Below, piece after piece: positions 26,328 through 37,904 of a stretch of 64,000 bases of DNA. The translations under genes and the position numbers were made by a program. This DNA comes from Mobula birostris (lineage: Eukaryota): NCBI RefSeq assembly GCF_030028105.1, contig NC_092383.1:97611604-97675603 (forward strand). The letters run 5' to 3'. The notes under the pieces were generated by a model. That model was not told the origin of the DNA and did no database searches. It saw only the letters and a list, made by a program, of their open reading frames with translations. How positions within the stretch are numbered: position 1 is the first letter of the stretch; each line of letters starts with the position of its first letter.

Positions 26328-26636
26328 ATGAGATTCTCGTCCTGGAAGGTGCCCTCGGAAAAGTGGCTCGGTTAACTCCTGAGATCCTAAAAGCACCAAA
26401 AATTACCAATGTTGTGTGGAGAATATTATCAGACTCAACCAAGATAGCAGAATGCATGAATGGGAAATTGACATATCTCAATACTAAAAAGTACAAGCAA
26501 CGGATAAAATGTCATCCAGGGGACTGTAGTTTAATAATCCATGATCAACAGAAAGAGGACACTGATGTTTATGAGGTGATTGTTACAGCAAGTACAGGAA
26601 CACGGACTAGGAGGAAAGTGCAACTGAAGGTAGCTG
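26328..26636 (+). CDS. Exon 4: second IgV domain (paralogue of exon 2)
   Basis: Acceptor ttgtctcctcag|, donor G|gtaagt; (D)EILVLEGALG..VVWR..YKQRIKCHPGDCSLIIHDQQKEDTDVYEV..LKVA; gap-free alignment to exon 2. Confidence 0.9.
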
Positions 26637-27159
26637 GTAAGTGAGATACTGTGAAGGGGTCCGGGTTTCACCAGTTCCTGAAACACCCCTAATTAATGGG
26701 TGAGGGCAGATCCTGTGTGTTCCCCTGTTTTCTGAGCCCCACTGTCTGCCCGTGTCCAGAGCTGGGCTCATGGTCCCAGTGTAGTGGGATTGAGCCAGTG
26801 TGAGGCTCGAGGACACACTTACCACATCCCCAGAGACTGGACCAGAGGCTGTGAAGCAACAAACTGCCAATGGGAAACCACATGACTCTGAGGCTGGAGG
26901 AGCTGAGTACATATGGAGTGGAAAACAGAGCAATAGCCAATGGGGTGGGAGGGACTGTAATGGATGGGCCAAATGGTCTATATCTGTGGGTCACGGTTAA
27001 ACAGATCCCACAGCATCTCCAGGTCAAAGGTATGGTCTGTCATGTTCAGGGATCCCAGTTCCGTCTATTTCTCAGAGCACTGCTTGCTAATGGCCCAGAC
27101 TGCGGTCTGAGCTCAGCAAAGTACACAGATACAAGAGCACACCCACACCCAGCATAACA

Positions 27160-27345
27160 GAATCACAAGCAAGAGAAAATCTGCAGATGCTGGACATCTG
27201 AGCAACACACACAAAATGCTGGAGAAACTCAGCAGGCCAGGCAGCACCGAAGGAAAAAAGTACAGTCGACGTTTCAGGCCAAAACCCTTTGGCAGTCCTT
27301 TGAAGGGTCATGACCTATAACGTCGACTGTTTACTCTTTTCCATA
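27160..27345. mobile_element. Fold-back mini-Penelope element
   Basis: Long copy on - strand (ctgcagatgctgg..gtcgacgtttcaggcc) followed by a short + copy (gaagggtcatgacctataacgtcgactg); TSD not found. Confidence 0.7.
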
Positions 27346-28539
27346 CTTTTGATTTTTGTTTATTAATTGAAGGGTAAAATGAAATACAGTACAACAAGTA
27401 AATCTTTCATGTTTCAAAACTTTTTCTAGCTGCATCCAATTCCTGCTGCATGGCAACAAAGGCTATGTGCATGAGGGCATTTCAGTTATTGCGCAGCCAT
27501 GTGCCTGTGCAGTTTTAGAGGGAACAGTGCTGAGGTAATAATAAGCTGTCACTTTTGCTCAGTGTGACTTTACCCTTCCCCACGGAGCCTCATAGTGACC
27601 ACAGTGCCAACCACCTGGCTGCTGCTGCTGTGGCCTGAAAGGTCATTTCCCCATCTACCCCCAGCAGCAGCGTCTAAAGGGAAGTACTTGTTGCTGCTCC
27701 CTCTACCTTTCCTGGTGTTCACCAACTCATCTGCAGTGTACCTGTGACTACTGCACACAAACTGTTATCAATGATGGTCTCAGCGTCCTGGATGGCCCTG
27801 AATATATCCTCCTTCAGTTCCAGCAACTTAGCATGGTCAGTCAGGAGCTGCATAGTTCAAGGGATTGGCTATCATGTCTGTGGACCCAGCAGCTCACTTC
27901 ATCCCCCAACCCCAAATGGTCTCTGCACCTCAAGACCACCCTTCAACTTAGTGAGAGTATTTCCTCCTTCCCTGAGGGGTACAGAGGCTCAGACACTCTA
28001 TCAAACAGGAAGTCACCACCTCCAACACTCCATCCTCTTGCCTGACTTCCCCAGCCTTGGAACAGGTGGACTTCCCAAGGTCAGGCCCAGGGAAAGGGCA
28101 GTACTGGAGATGGTGGCCAGGTAATGTGAATGGAAGTGTTCAGTTACCCTCTGCACCTTCCTTCCACCCAAAAAGTCCCCTCCCTCCTTACCAGCTGCTG
28201 ATCCTCACCTACTTCCTCGGGCGTGGGTTAGAGGCCAGGCATAACAGTACTATCCCAGTGGCACAAAGCGCAGCCTGAGGGTTGGGACACACAGCTATCT
28301 GTCACTGGGAAGCAAACAATGAACTGCCCGTCAGTAACCTCCTTCCACATCAGCTTGCGGTAGAAAGAGGAGACGTGGCTGCTGTGCTGACGATTGAGTG
28401 GGAATGGGGTGATCTCCAGCAGCACCTCCCAGAAGATGCAGATGGTAGAGAAGGAGCTCATGGGGAATAGGCTGATTAGAAAGCTGCTGGAGACCTCGTG
28501 TGTCCACCAGCAGAAATATCTCATCCACAGTGAGTCCTT

Positions 28540-31360
28540 TAGAGTCATAGTCAAAGAGAAATACAGCACAGAAACCGGCCCTTCTGTCCATCTAATCCAT
28601 GCTGAAACCATTGAAACTGCCTACTCACAATGACCTGCACCGACATCATTGCCCTCCATATCCCTACTATCCATGTACCTACCTATCCAATTTTCTCTTA
28701 AGCATTGAAATGGAGCTCGCATGGACCACTTGCACTGGCAGCTCATTCCACAATCTCGTGACCCTCTGAGTGAAGAAGTTTCCCTTCACTTCTAACCTTT
28801 CAACCTTAACCAATGATCTCTGGTGGTAGTCCTACCCAACATCAGTGGAAAAAGCCTTTGTGTTGCCCCTATTATACCCTCATAATTTTGTATACCTTTA
28901 TAAATCTCCTCCCAATTGTCCACATTCTAAAGAAAACAGTTGTGATCTATTCAATCTTTCCTTATAATCCAGGTCCTCCCGACCCAGCAACAGCCTTGTA
29001 AATTTTCTCTTCACTCTTTCAACCCTGTTTACATCCTTCCTGGAGGTAGGTGACCAAAACTCCATTCAATGCTCCAAATTAGGCCTCACCGATGTCTTAT
29101 ACAACTTCATCATAACATCTCATCTTCTGAAGGCCAATGTGCCAAAAGCTTTCTTTATGACCCCCATCTATGATGTCATTTTCAATGAATTATGAATCTG
29201 TATTCCCAGATCCCTTTGTTCTACCACAGTCCTCAGTGCCCTACCATTCACTGCGTAAGACCTGCTGTTGGTCCTACTGAAATGCCAAACCTCGTACTTG
29301 TCTGTCTTAAATTCCATCTGCCATTTTTCGGTCCATTTTTCCAGCTGATACAGATCACTTTGCAATCCATGATATCTTTCCTCACTGTCCACTGCACCCC
29401 AAAACTGTCATCCACAAATTTGCTGATCTAGTTATCCACATGATTATTTAGATCATTGATACAGATGGCAAACAACAAAGGACCCAGCATTGACACCACT
29501 AGGACACCACTAGTTACAGGCCTCCAGTCCGAGAGGCAACCCTCTACTAGCACTTCTGGCTTCTTCCACAAAGCCAATGTCTAATCCAATTTACTCTCTC
29601 ATCCTGAATGCCAAGCAACAGATCCTTCTTGACCAGACACCCATGTCGGACCTTGTCAAATGCCTTTCTAAAACATCTACTACCTTGCCTTCATCCACTT
29701 TCCCAGTAACTTCCTCGATAAAAACTTACAAGATTAATTAGACACGACATACCACGTACAAAGCCATGCTGACTATCCTTAATCAGTCCATATCTATCCA
29801 ATTACTGATATATCTGGTCCCTCAGAGCCTTTTTTTAAACAGTGAAACACCATTGGCTATCCTCCAATCCTTTGGTACCACTCCTATAGTTAAGGGTGGT
29901 TTAAATATCTCTGCTAGGCCCCTGGAAATTTCTGCACTTGGTTTCCACAGGATCCGAGGGAACACCTTGTCAGGTCCTGTGGATTTATCCACACTGATTT
30001 GTCTCAGGGTGGCAAACACCTCCTGCTCTGTAATCTGTGGAGGATCCATGAAGTTGCCACTATGGCTCACTTCTGTAGACTCTGTATCCACCCGCCCCCA
30101 CCCCCCCCCAAGTAAATACAGATGCAAAGAAGGCATTTCAGATCTCCCCCCATCTGTTCTGGCTCCACACATGGACTACCATTCATGTCTTCCAGCAAAC
30201 CAATGTTGTCCCTAGCAATCCTTTTGCTCTTAACATACCTGTAGAATCCTTCAGGATTCTCCTTCATCTTGTCTGCTAGAGCAACTTCAAACCTTATTTT
30301 AGTCTTTCTAATTTCTTTCTAAAGCCTTCCCTTGCATTTCTTGTGTTTCATGAGCACCTCATTTGTTCATACTTGCCTATGCCTGCTATATACCCCCTTT
30401 TATCTCTGAAACAGGGGCTCAAGATCTCTTGTAAACCAAAGTTCCCTATGCATGCTATTAATTCATGCATGCACCTTTTATTCTGACAGGCATATAAAAT
30501 CTCTATTCTGAAAATTTCATTTTTGAAGGCCTTCTAGTTTCCAAGTACACCTTTGTCAGAAACAGCCTGTCCCAAACCACACTTGCCAGATAATTTCTGA
30601 TACCATCAAAATTAGCCTGTCTCTAATTTAGGATCTCAACTCACAGACCAGATCTATCTCTTGGTATCATACACAAAATGCTGGGGAAATCAACAGGTCA
30701 GGCAGCACCTAAAGAAAACAGTACCATCGACCCTGAGGGTCTCGGCCTGAAATGTCAACTGTACTCTTTTCCATAGATGCTGCCTGGCCGGCTAAGTTCC
30801 TCTAGCATTTTGTGGGTGTTGCTTGGATTTCCAGCATCTGCAAATTTTCTCTTGTTTGTGAATTGGACTACCTCTTTGTATATTTACTTTAAAACTAATT
30901 GCATTGTTGTCAATAGATGCAAAGTGTTCCTCTGCACCAACTTCTGTCATCTGCCCTGTCTCATTTCCTAATAGCAGACTAATTATCAGCAACTCTCGTT
31001 GGGACTTCTACACACTGATGAAGGAAACTTTCCTGAATACATTTAACAAACTCTATCCCATCTCGTCCTTTTACAGTATGGGATTCCCAGCCATTATGTG
31101 GAAAGTTAAAATCACCAACTATAACAACCTTATGTTTCTGGCAACAGTCTGCGAGCTCTCTATAAATTTGTTCCTCTAAATCCTGTGGTTGGGTTGTTTG
31201 TAATTTAGCCCCATTAACATGGTCATTCCTTTTTGATTTCTCAGTTCCAGCCGTAACACCTCACTAGTCGAGTTCTCCAGTCAATCTGCGGTGATATTCT
31301 CTCTGACTAGTAACGCCAGCCCTCCTCCTTTAGTCCCTCTCACTCTGTCACATCTAAAAC
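28540..31360 (-). mobile_element. Old CR1 ORF2 (APE to 3' tail), degraded
   Basis: Pieces such as KENPEGFYRYVKSKRI, VDKSTGPDKVFPRIL and MEFKTDKYEV in ORFs 30067, 29822 and 29168 (-). Confidence 0.88.
30668..30867. mobile_element. Fold-back mini-Penelope element inserted in CR1
   Basis: Short - copy then long + copy; flanked by ctatctcttggtat (30654-30667) / ctacctctttgtat (30868-30881), 12/14 match. Confidence 0.7.
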
Positions 31361-31699
31361 AATGGAACCCCGTAATATTGAGCTGCCAGTCTTGCCCCTC
31401 CTGCAATCATGTCTTCCAAATGGCTACAATGTCCTAATTACAGGTGTTCCCGAGGGCAAGCAACATAATCCACTCGATTGTCAGGCTGAGCTCGGTCTAA
31501 CCCTAGACCTAACTCAAAGCTGTGACAGTTGCAAAAGAGACAACAATCTCAACCATTCCCTTTAAATAGACTGAGGTTCATGTTGGTGTGACCATAGTTT
31601 GTCTCCACACTCTTCCATAGCAGTTTGAACAGCGACTGTGCAATACGAATGAATGAAGCTGCAATGTTACTGGGTGTCTGATAACCACTCACTGGAGAA

Positions 31700-32075
31700 A
31701 GCGAGGTATCCATTGTGTCCACAGTGGTGTAACTGCGGGAACGTCCCACCACCAGAAAGAATGATCTGTCCCCCAGGCCCACACTGGCGTAACTGTGGGA
31801 ATATCCCACCTCTGGAGACAATGAATTGTCCAGCAGGCACACAGTGGTCTAACAATGGAATGGTACCACCACCGGCGAGAGACATCCATCAGGTCCACAG
31901 TGGTAATGGTGGGAGGGTCCCACCACCAGAGAGAATGAGCTGTCCATCAGGTCCACAGTGGTAACTGTGGAAACATCCCACCACCGGTGAGAATGCGATG
32001 ACCATTAGGCCCGCGGTGGTAACTGTGGATGGGTCCCACCAGTGGTGAGCATGCAATGACCATCAGGTCCACAGG
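31700..32075. repeat. Minisatellite, 56-60 bp unit, about 6.5 copies
   Basis: ccacagtgg(t)-like anchors at 31719, 31779, 31839, 31895, 31953, 32011 and 32069. Confidence 0.9.
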
Positions 32076-32971
32076 CCTTAGGAGATATAACCACAGTACA
32101 ATCCAGTAACAACAGCACAGGGGAGGAGAGATAAATTATGGTGGGGCAGGGAGTGGAAGTGTGGGTTGGGGGATCTGTTCCTGCTCTCCTGTGCTGGGTC
32201 TTTGACATTGTGCGGCCTCTTCACCCAGGATTGTTGAGGCCTCACAAAAGCCCCTGATATAAAAATCAATCTTCTTCATGCAGAGAGGCCCGGCTGACCT
32301 GGGCTGTGCACTTTACCATCACACTCTTTCACTGTCACACCCAGGTGATCTTCCAGCCTCTACCAACAGTATTTCATTCCACAGTCACCAATCATAGAGT
32401 GTAAGGAACATTGTCATCTCCACCTACTACCTGCTCCCCTCTTTCCCACCAGCATCAGTCAGAGGGAGACAGATCACCTCCCTCCATCTCCGCAGCAGAT
32501 GCATATACCGACTGAGCACAGATTCCTGCACTAACTCAGGCTCTGCGAGTGGGTGATGGGTCAGTGCAAACGGAGCTTGCCTCTGTGTCTAATTCCTGTC
32601 CTGTGAGTGTGCAAGGGCTGTGTCACCATTTCATACTAGAAGCAGTCAGTCAGTCAGAGTGTGCTGGGGGAGAGGGGTTACTGAGGGTCTGAGTGAGGGT
32701 GCTGGACTAACATCATATGAGGATACTGTCAGAGACATTGGAGACTACAATTAGAAGGGACGATATGGGGCTGTTTGGAGCGGATGGAGATATTCAAGGT
32801 GAGCGGGGTGGTGGAGCAGAGTGATGTGGGGCTGACTAGAGAGGACTGGGGCACGGTGTTGCAGTGACAGGGAGTTTTCTCTGGCCTGTGGTGGGATGGA
32901 CTGGATCCATCAATTCCTTGTCACTGGGAGTGTAAGGATGGGATTAATGACAGAATCTTTTATCTCCCCAG

Positions 32972-33112
32972 ATCCAGATCTCAGAACATCATACAATGGT
33001 TGGAAGGTCGCCACCGTGATCCTCATTGTGATCGTCGTGATCCTCATTCTGTATCTGGTTTATAATAAATACTGCATAAAGCTGCGTGATTCTCGCTCAC
33101 GTGGGAACAAAG
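32972..33112 (+). CDS. Exon 5: stalk, transmembrane helix and start of cytoplasmic tail
   Basis: Acceptor ttttatctccccag|, donor G|gtaagg; (D)PDLRTSYNGWK-VATVILIVIVVILILYLVY-NKYCIKLRDSRSRGNK. Confidence 0.85.
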
Positions 33113-33376
33113 GTAAGGGAAAGAAATCCGGTACATCTGACAGTAGGTGTCTCCCCCACCCCCAAAAAATAATCCAGTATCGAAAACTCTAGCCAGGAAT
33201 AGCAGCAGGAGGGGTTGGGTCTGCAGGCAAGTGTCTCCCATTCCGACCCTGAGGACATGGGGTCCCACCTCAGGAATAAGGAGTCAGGCTGGGGCAAGAG
33301 TGTGAGGTTTGGGAGGAGGAGTTGAACTGGGTAGAGGGCTGTGGAGAGGAGTTGGCCACTGCACTCTGTCCCATAG

Positions 33377-33522
33377 ACTCGGTGAGGGAACCAGGGCTGA
33401 ACAGTGGTTCAGTCTGGGTTCTGGTATCCCCCCCGAGGGAAACACCAAGCACAGACTCCCTTGAAAGAGACATAGATGCCAGCATCCCAGGAGGGAGTCC
33501 CCAGCTCACATGTAGCCACTGA
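33377..33522 (+). CDS. Candidate alternative terminal exon 6a (tail DSVREPG...PQLTCSH*)
   Basis: Acceptor ctctgtcccatag|AC, phase 1, open to TGA; downstream sequence is homologous to that after exon 6b. Confidence 0.4.
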
Positions 33523-33849
33523 GGAAGACTGCAACACAAGCCACCCCTTCACCTGGACAGCTAGTACCTCTCCACAGACCCAGTTATTGGGTAATGGAGC
33601 CCACACCCAATGCAGAGTGAGGAGGTTGGGAGTGGGTTTCCATCCCAGTGGAACTTCTGTTCTTGTTCTACAGTCCCAGTGGGGTTGGACCCTCACTCTA
33701 TCGAGAGGACAAGGAATCAGGTGCAGCATAGAAGCAAAGCAAAGGAGGCATACAATATGGTGAATTTTAATAGGAAGGTTTTAAGACCTAGTGTGAACAA
33801 TTTTAAAACCAATAAGGAAAAAAGATGAAAGACAAGGGTAAATTATCCA

Positions 33850-34480
33850 ATAATGTAAAAGAAAATTTCAACATCTCTAGCGAACTGCCTGCAAGGATAT
33901 TGGTTCCCCTTGGATTCGGGTGCAACCCATCCCTTTGGAACAGGTCATAGATTCCCCAGCAGAGATCCCTTTGATCCAGAAATCTGAACTCCTGCCCCCT
34001 GCACCAGTTCTCAGGTGCACAGTTCTCTGCCCAATGATCCTATTTTGTACCAAGACTTCTCGATGCTGACCCTCTCCCTTCAGAATGCCATGGACTCGAT
34101 CCGAGATGTCACTGACCATGGCACCTGGGAGGCAACTTATCATCCCGGTGTCTATTACGTCCACAGAAAACCTTCTTTACTTCTTTAACCATGGAATCCC
34201 CCATCACTACTGTTACTGAAGTCCTCTTCTCCTCCATTCCCTTCTGGGTCGTAGCTCCAGAGTCTAGAGACCTGGCCATGGTGGCACCTCCCCTGCCTCC
34301 CCTTCCCCCCCCCCCCCACTCCGGTAGGTCATCCCGCTCAACAGCATCCAACAAGATATCATCATTATTGAGGGGAATGGCCACAGGGGTACTTTGTACT
34401 GGCTGCCCACTGTCTTCTGACAGTCACCCACTTACCTGCCTCCTGCAACTTGGGAGTTACCAGCTCATTGTACCTCCTGT
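33850..34480 (-). mobile_element. CR1 ORF1 (SGNH esterase) remnant
   Basis: VVMGDSMVK and CLPGAMVSDISDRVHGILKGEG, matching ORF1 of the copy at 56858. Confidence 0.75.
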
Positions 34481-34599
34481 CATCACCTCTTCTGGTTTCT
34501 GGATCACTGGGGAAGGATGAACTGTACAATAGGGTTGAATAACACCTGAACCCTAGTAGATGGTTAGCTTGACCTTGGCAATTGGGAAGGTTTTAAAAC

Positions 34600-36150
34600 C
34601 GATTATATCAGATGAAATTTCAGGATACTTGGAAGCAGGCGATAGAATAGGGTGAAGTTCGCACAATTTTGTTCTGATTCTTTGAGAAGGTAACAGGCCA
34701 GCTGAGAAAGGAGAGTAAGCTTCAGCAATTTACAAGTACTTTCACAAGGTATTTGACAAAGTTACACCCACGAGGCTATTGAACAAGATAATTCAAAATT
34801 TTGAAAGGGATAGATAAGATGGAAGTAGGAAAGTTGTTTCCATTGCTCGGTGAGACAAGAACTAGGGGATATTACCTCAAGATTCAGGGGAGAAGATTTA
34901 GGATGGAGATGAGGAGAAAATGTTTTTCCCAGGGAGTGGTTAATCTGTGGAATTCTCTGCCCAGGGAAGCAGTTGAGGCTTCCTCACAAGATATATTTAA
35001 GAAACAGTTAAATAGGTTTTTACACAGTAAGGGAATTAAGGGTTATGGGGAAAAGGCAGGTAGATGGAGATGAGTTTATGGACAGATCAGCCATGATCTT
35101 ATTGAATGGTGGGGCAGGCTCGATGGGCTGGATGGCCTACTCCTGCTCCTATTTCTTATGTTCTTATGTTTTTAAGAGCCCATGGCATCATTGGTAAGGT
35201 ACAGCATGGATAGAAGATTGTCTGACTGGCAGAAGTTAGAGAGAGTGGGGATATAAATGCTCTTTTTCGAACACCTGCCACAGACCAACGGAGTATCAAA
35301 GGTTTCTGGGCTGGGACGGTACCTTTTCACATTACACGTGAATGATCTCGATGAAGGAGCAGATGGCATTGTGGATATATCAGGATCAAGATAGCCCGGA
35401 GGTACAGTTGGTGTCACAGAGGCACAGAGTCGAGTCTGCTGCAGGACCTGGAGAGGTTGGGAGAATAGGCAAAGATGACTCTGAGAGGAAGAATAATGTT
35501 GTAGCCTGGAATGAAATGGACAGACAATTCGCGTTGAGTCAGTATTAAAGAAGGGGAATGAATTGTTAGTATTTAGTTTGGAAGGGTGTGGATATAATAG
35601 CAAGAACAAACTGCTGAGGCTTTGTAAGGAGTTGCTTAGACCCCATATGGAATATTGTGAACAATTTGTGTACTGTATCTAAGGAAATATGTGCTGCCTC
35701 TGGAGAGGGTCCAGATAATGTTCACAAGAATAATTGCCGGAGTGGAAGTCTTCAGGTATGAGGAGTGTTTGGCAGCTTTGGGCCTGAAAAGGATGGACCT
35801 CAGAAGAGTGATGGAAAGGATTCACTAAATCATAACAGGTACTGAAACGCCTGGATGACATGAAGGTGCAGAGGATGTTTGTCAGTGGGAGAGTCCAGGA
35901 CACAAGGGCACAGACTCAGAATAAAGAGATGTGCTTTTGGAACTGAGGTGAGAAGGAGTTTTTTCAGCCAGAGGCCAGGAATCTGGAATTTAAGGATGAG
36001 ATTGAAAGGTTTTCAATTGGTAGAGTAGTTCAGGGTTACAGAGAAAAGGCAGGAGAGTGGGGCTGCATAAGGAACCAACCACAGTAAAATGATGGAACAG
36101 GCTCAAAGGGCTAAATGTCTTAAATTTCCTCTTATATTTTATGGTCTTAC
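34600..36150 (+). mobile_element. Old CR1 RT-to-tail fragment with a younger CR1 3' end nested at about 34797-35170
   Basis: The old copy reads through as aacaagata|..|agagcccatggc; the nested piece has ORF 34801..35073 and a (cttatgtt)n tail. Confidence 0.8.
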
Positions 36151-36224
36151 GGATCTGCAGTAAATTGTGCTGACCACACTCCTCGATCTTTGACTCTCCA
36201 TTTCCTGTTCCTTATCCTGCACAC

Positions 36225-36662
36225 ACCCGATCACTGGGGTATACTGCCCTCACACCTGGTCACTCGGGTACACTGCCCCCAAACTCCCGGTCACTGGGGT
36301 ACCCTATCCTCCCACACACCCCATCACTGGGGTACACTGTCCCTGCACACCCAGTTGCTGGGGTACACTGCGCCCCCCCCCACACCAAATCACTGGGTCA
36401 CACTGTCCCCACACACCCAGTCACTGGGTCACACTGTCTCCACACACCCAGTCACTGGGTCACACTGTCTCCACCCACCCAGTCACTAGGTCACACTGTC
36501 TCCACACACCCAGTCACTTGGTCACACTGTCCCCACACACCCAGTCATTGTCCAACACAGACAATCACTGGGTCACACTGTTCCCACACACCCAGTCATT
36601 TTCCCACACAGACAGTCACTGGGTCACACTGTCCTCACACACCCAGTCATTGTCCCCACACA
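36225..36662. repeat. Minisatellite, 30-31 bp unit (cacacccagtcactgggtcacactgtc..), about 13 copies
   Basis: Directly visible tandem array; each unit contains the palindrome cccagtcactggg or a variant. Confidence 0.92.
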
Positions 36663-37362
36663 TATGGTTCGTCTTCATTGTCGCTATCTTTCAAGGTCGA
36701 GGATGATGGTCTTCGTTCCATAAATAGTGAAGACGCCTGTGCGTGTATTTGTTTAACGTGTACTTGATGTTGCACTCCAAGAAGCACACGATACTTCACA
36801 AATCAACCAACTGATTCCAATGGCATGGAAACCACGACGATTGGAGCTGATGGATTGGTTGCTGCCTTCATCCGCCTTCACAGCCGCTGAGTTCGAAGTA
36901 ACTTCGTCCGCCTGTTCCACTGTTGAGGTCATGGTTGGAGTACTGGAGTACTCAGTAACATAGGATTACCGGAGGACTCTGTACCCCTCATAACTAGTTA
37001 CTGGTGTACAATGTTCCCTACACACCCACTTACTGGGATTTACTGTCCTCCACACACCCAATTGTGAGATGTGGTGGGGAGACTTTGACTTGTGTGGGTG
37101 TGATGTTTTGCAGGATATTGACCAGTGTGAGAGATAGAGGCAGAGTAACTAAAGTGAGGTTTATGGGACATGTCAGTGGAGATGAGAATGAGGAAGGGAG
37201 TCGGGGTGTTGTGATTTGTGGCAGTCGAGGTGACATTGCAGAGGATGAGTAGGGACCAGATGAACATATCTCACGTTGAGGGTCACTGGGAGATTCTGTG
37301 GAGGGGAGGCCAGGTATCAGTATCACGACTGGAAGCCCTTAACTCTGCTCTCTATTCCACAG

Positions 37363-37427
37363 GCCAAGTGGAGACCCAGCCTTTGGAAAATCAAAAGAAG
37401 GAGCCTGCAACTGATGCCCCGGAATAG
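37363..37427 (+). CDS. Exon 6b: terminal coding exon, tail (G)QVETQPLENQKKEPATDAPE*
   Basis: Acceptor ctctctattccacag|GC, phase 1, TAG at 37425-37427. Confidence 0.65.
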
Positions 37428-37904
37428 AACCCAGCTCACAGATACCCCCTCCTTCGGGACAGCGAGTACCTCTCCAAACCCAATCACTGGGAAACGTTGC
37501 CCACACCCTCCTGGGTGTGTTAGGGGTTAGTCCTCCCCTCTACTGGAACCCCTGCCTTTGTTCAACAATTCCAAATTGCTTTATATACTGTGGGTTCCGC
37601 AGTGACTGGTGATAACCCCACTCCTGGATCTGGGATCCTCTCTACTGCACACAGGCCCATGTCCACTACTCGTCCACCTGACTCTCCCTCCTTTTCCTCC
37701 CTGCTGCTCAGATCTAACACTGCCCACCTTTCCTCCTGACTCTAGTCCTCAGAATTTACAACTTTCTTGTCCTCTCCTGTGTCCCCACTCAAAGCCCTGT
37801 GCCTACATCATTCCCCAACATCCCCACACTCTGTTATCACAGAATGCTCTGTTCATTTTCTCACATTTTTTTTTCTCTTCCTCTAACCTACCTGGGTAAA
37901 ATCA

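Larger units (their letters stand above)
4551..37427 (+). other. CD2/SLAM-family Ig receptor gene model, 6 coding exons, L-IgV-IgC2-IgV-TM-cyt, 384 aa
   Basis: 52+321+267+309+141+65 = 1155 nt open frame; every intron is GT..AG phase 1 with a polypyrimidine acceptor. No specific orthologue can be assigned from sequence alone. Confidence 0.8.

Noticed and set aside
31719-31975. CACAGTG heptamers as RAG recombination signals in an Ig-superfamily gene
   Set aside because: No ACAAAAACC-like nonamer at 12 or 23 bp; the heptamers are simply part of the minisatellite unit.
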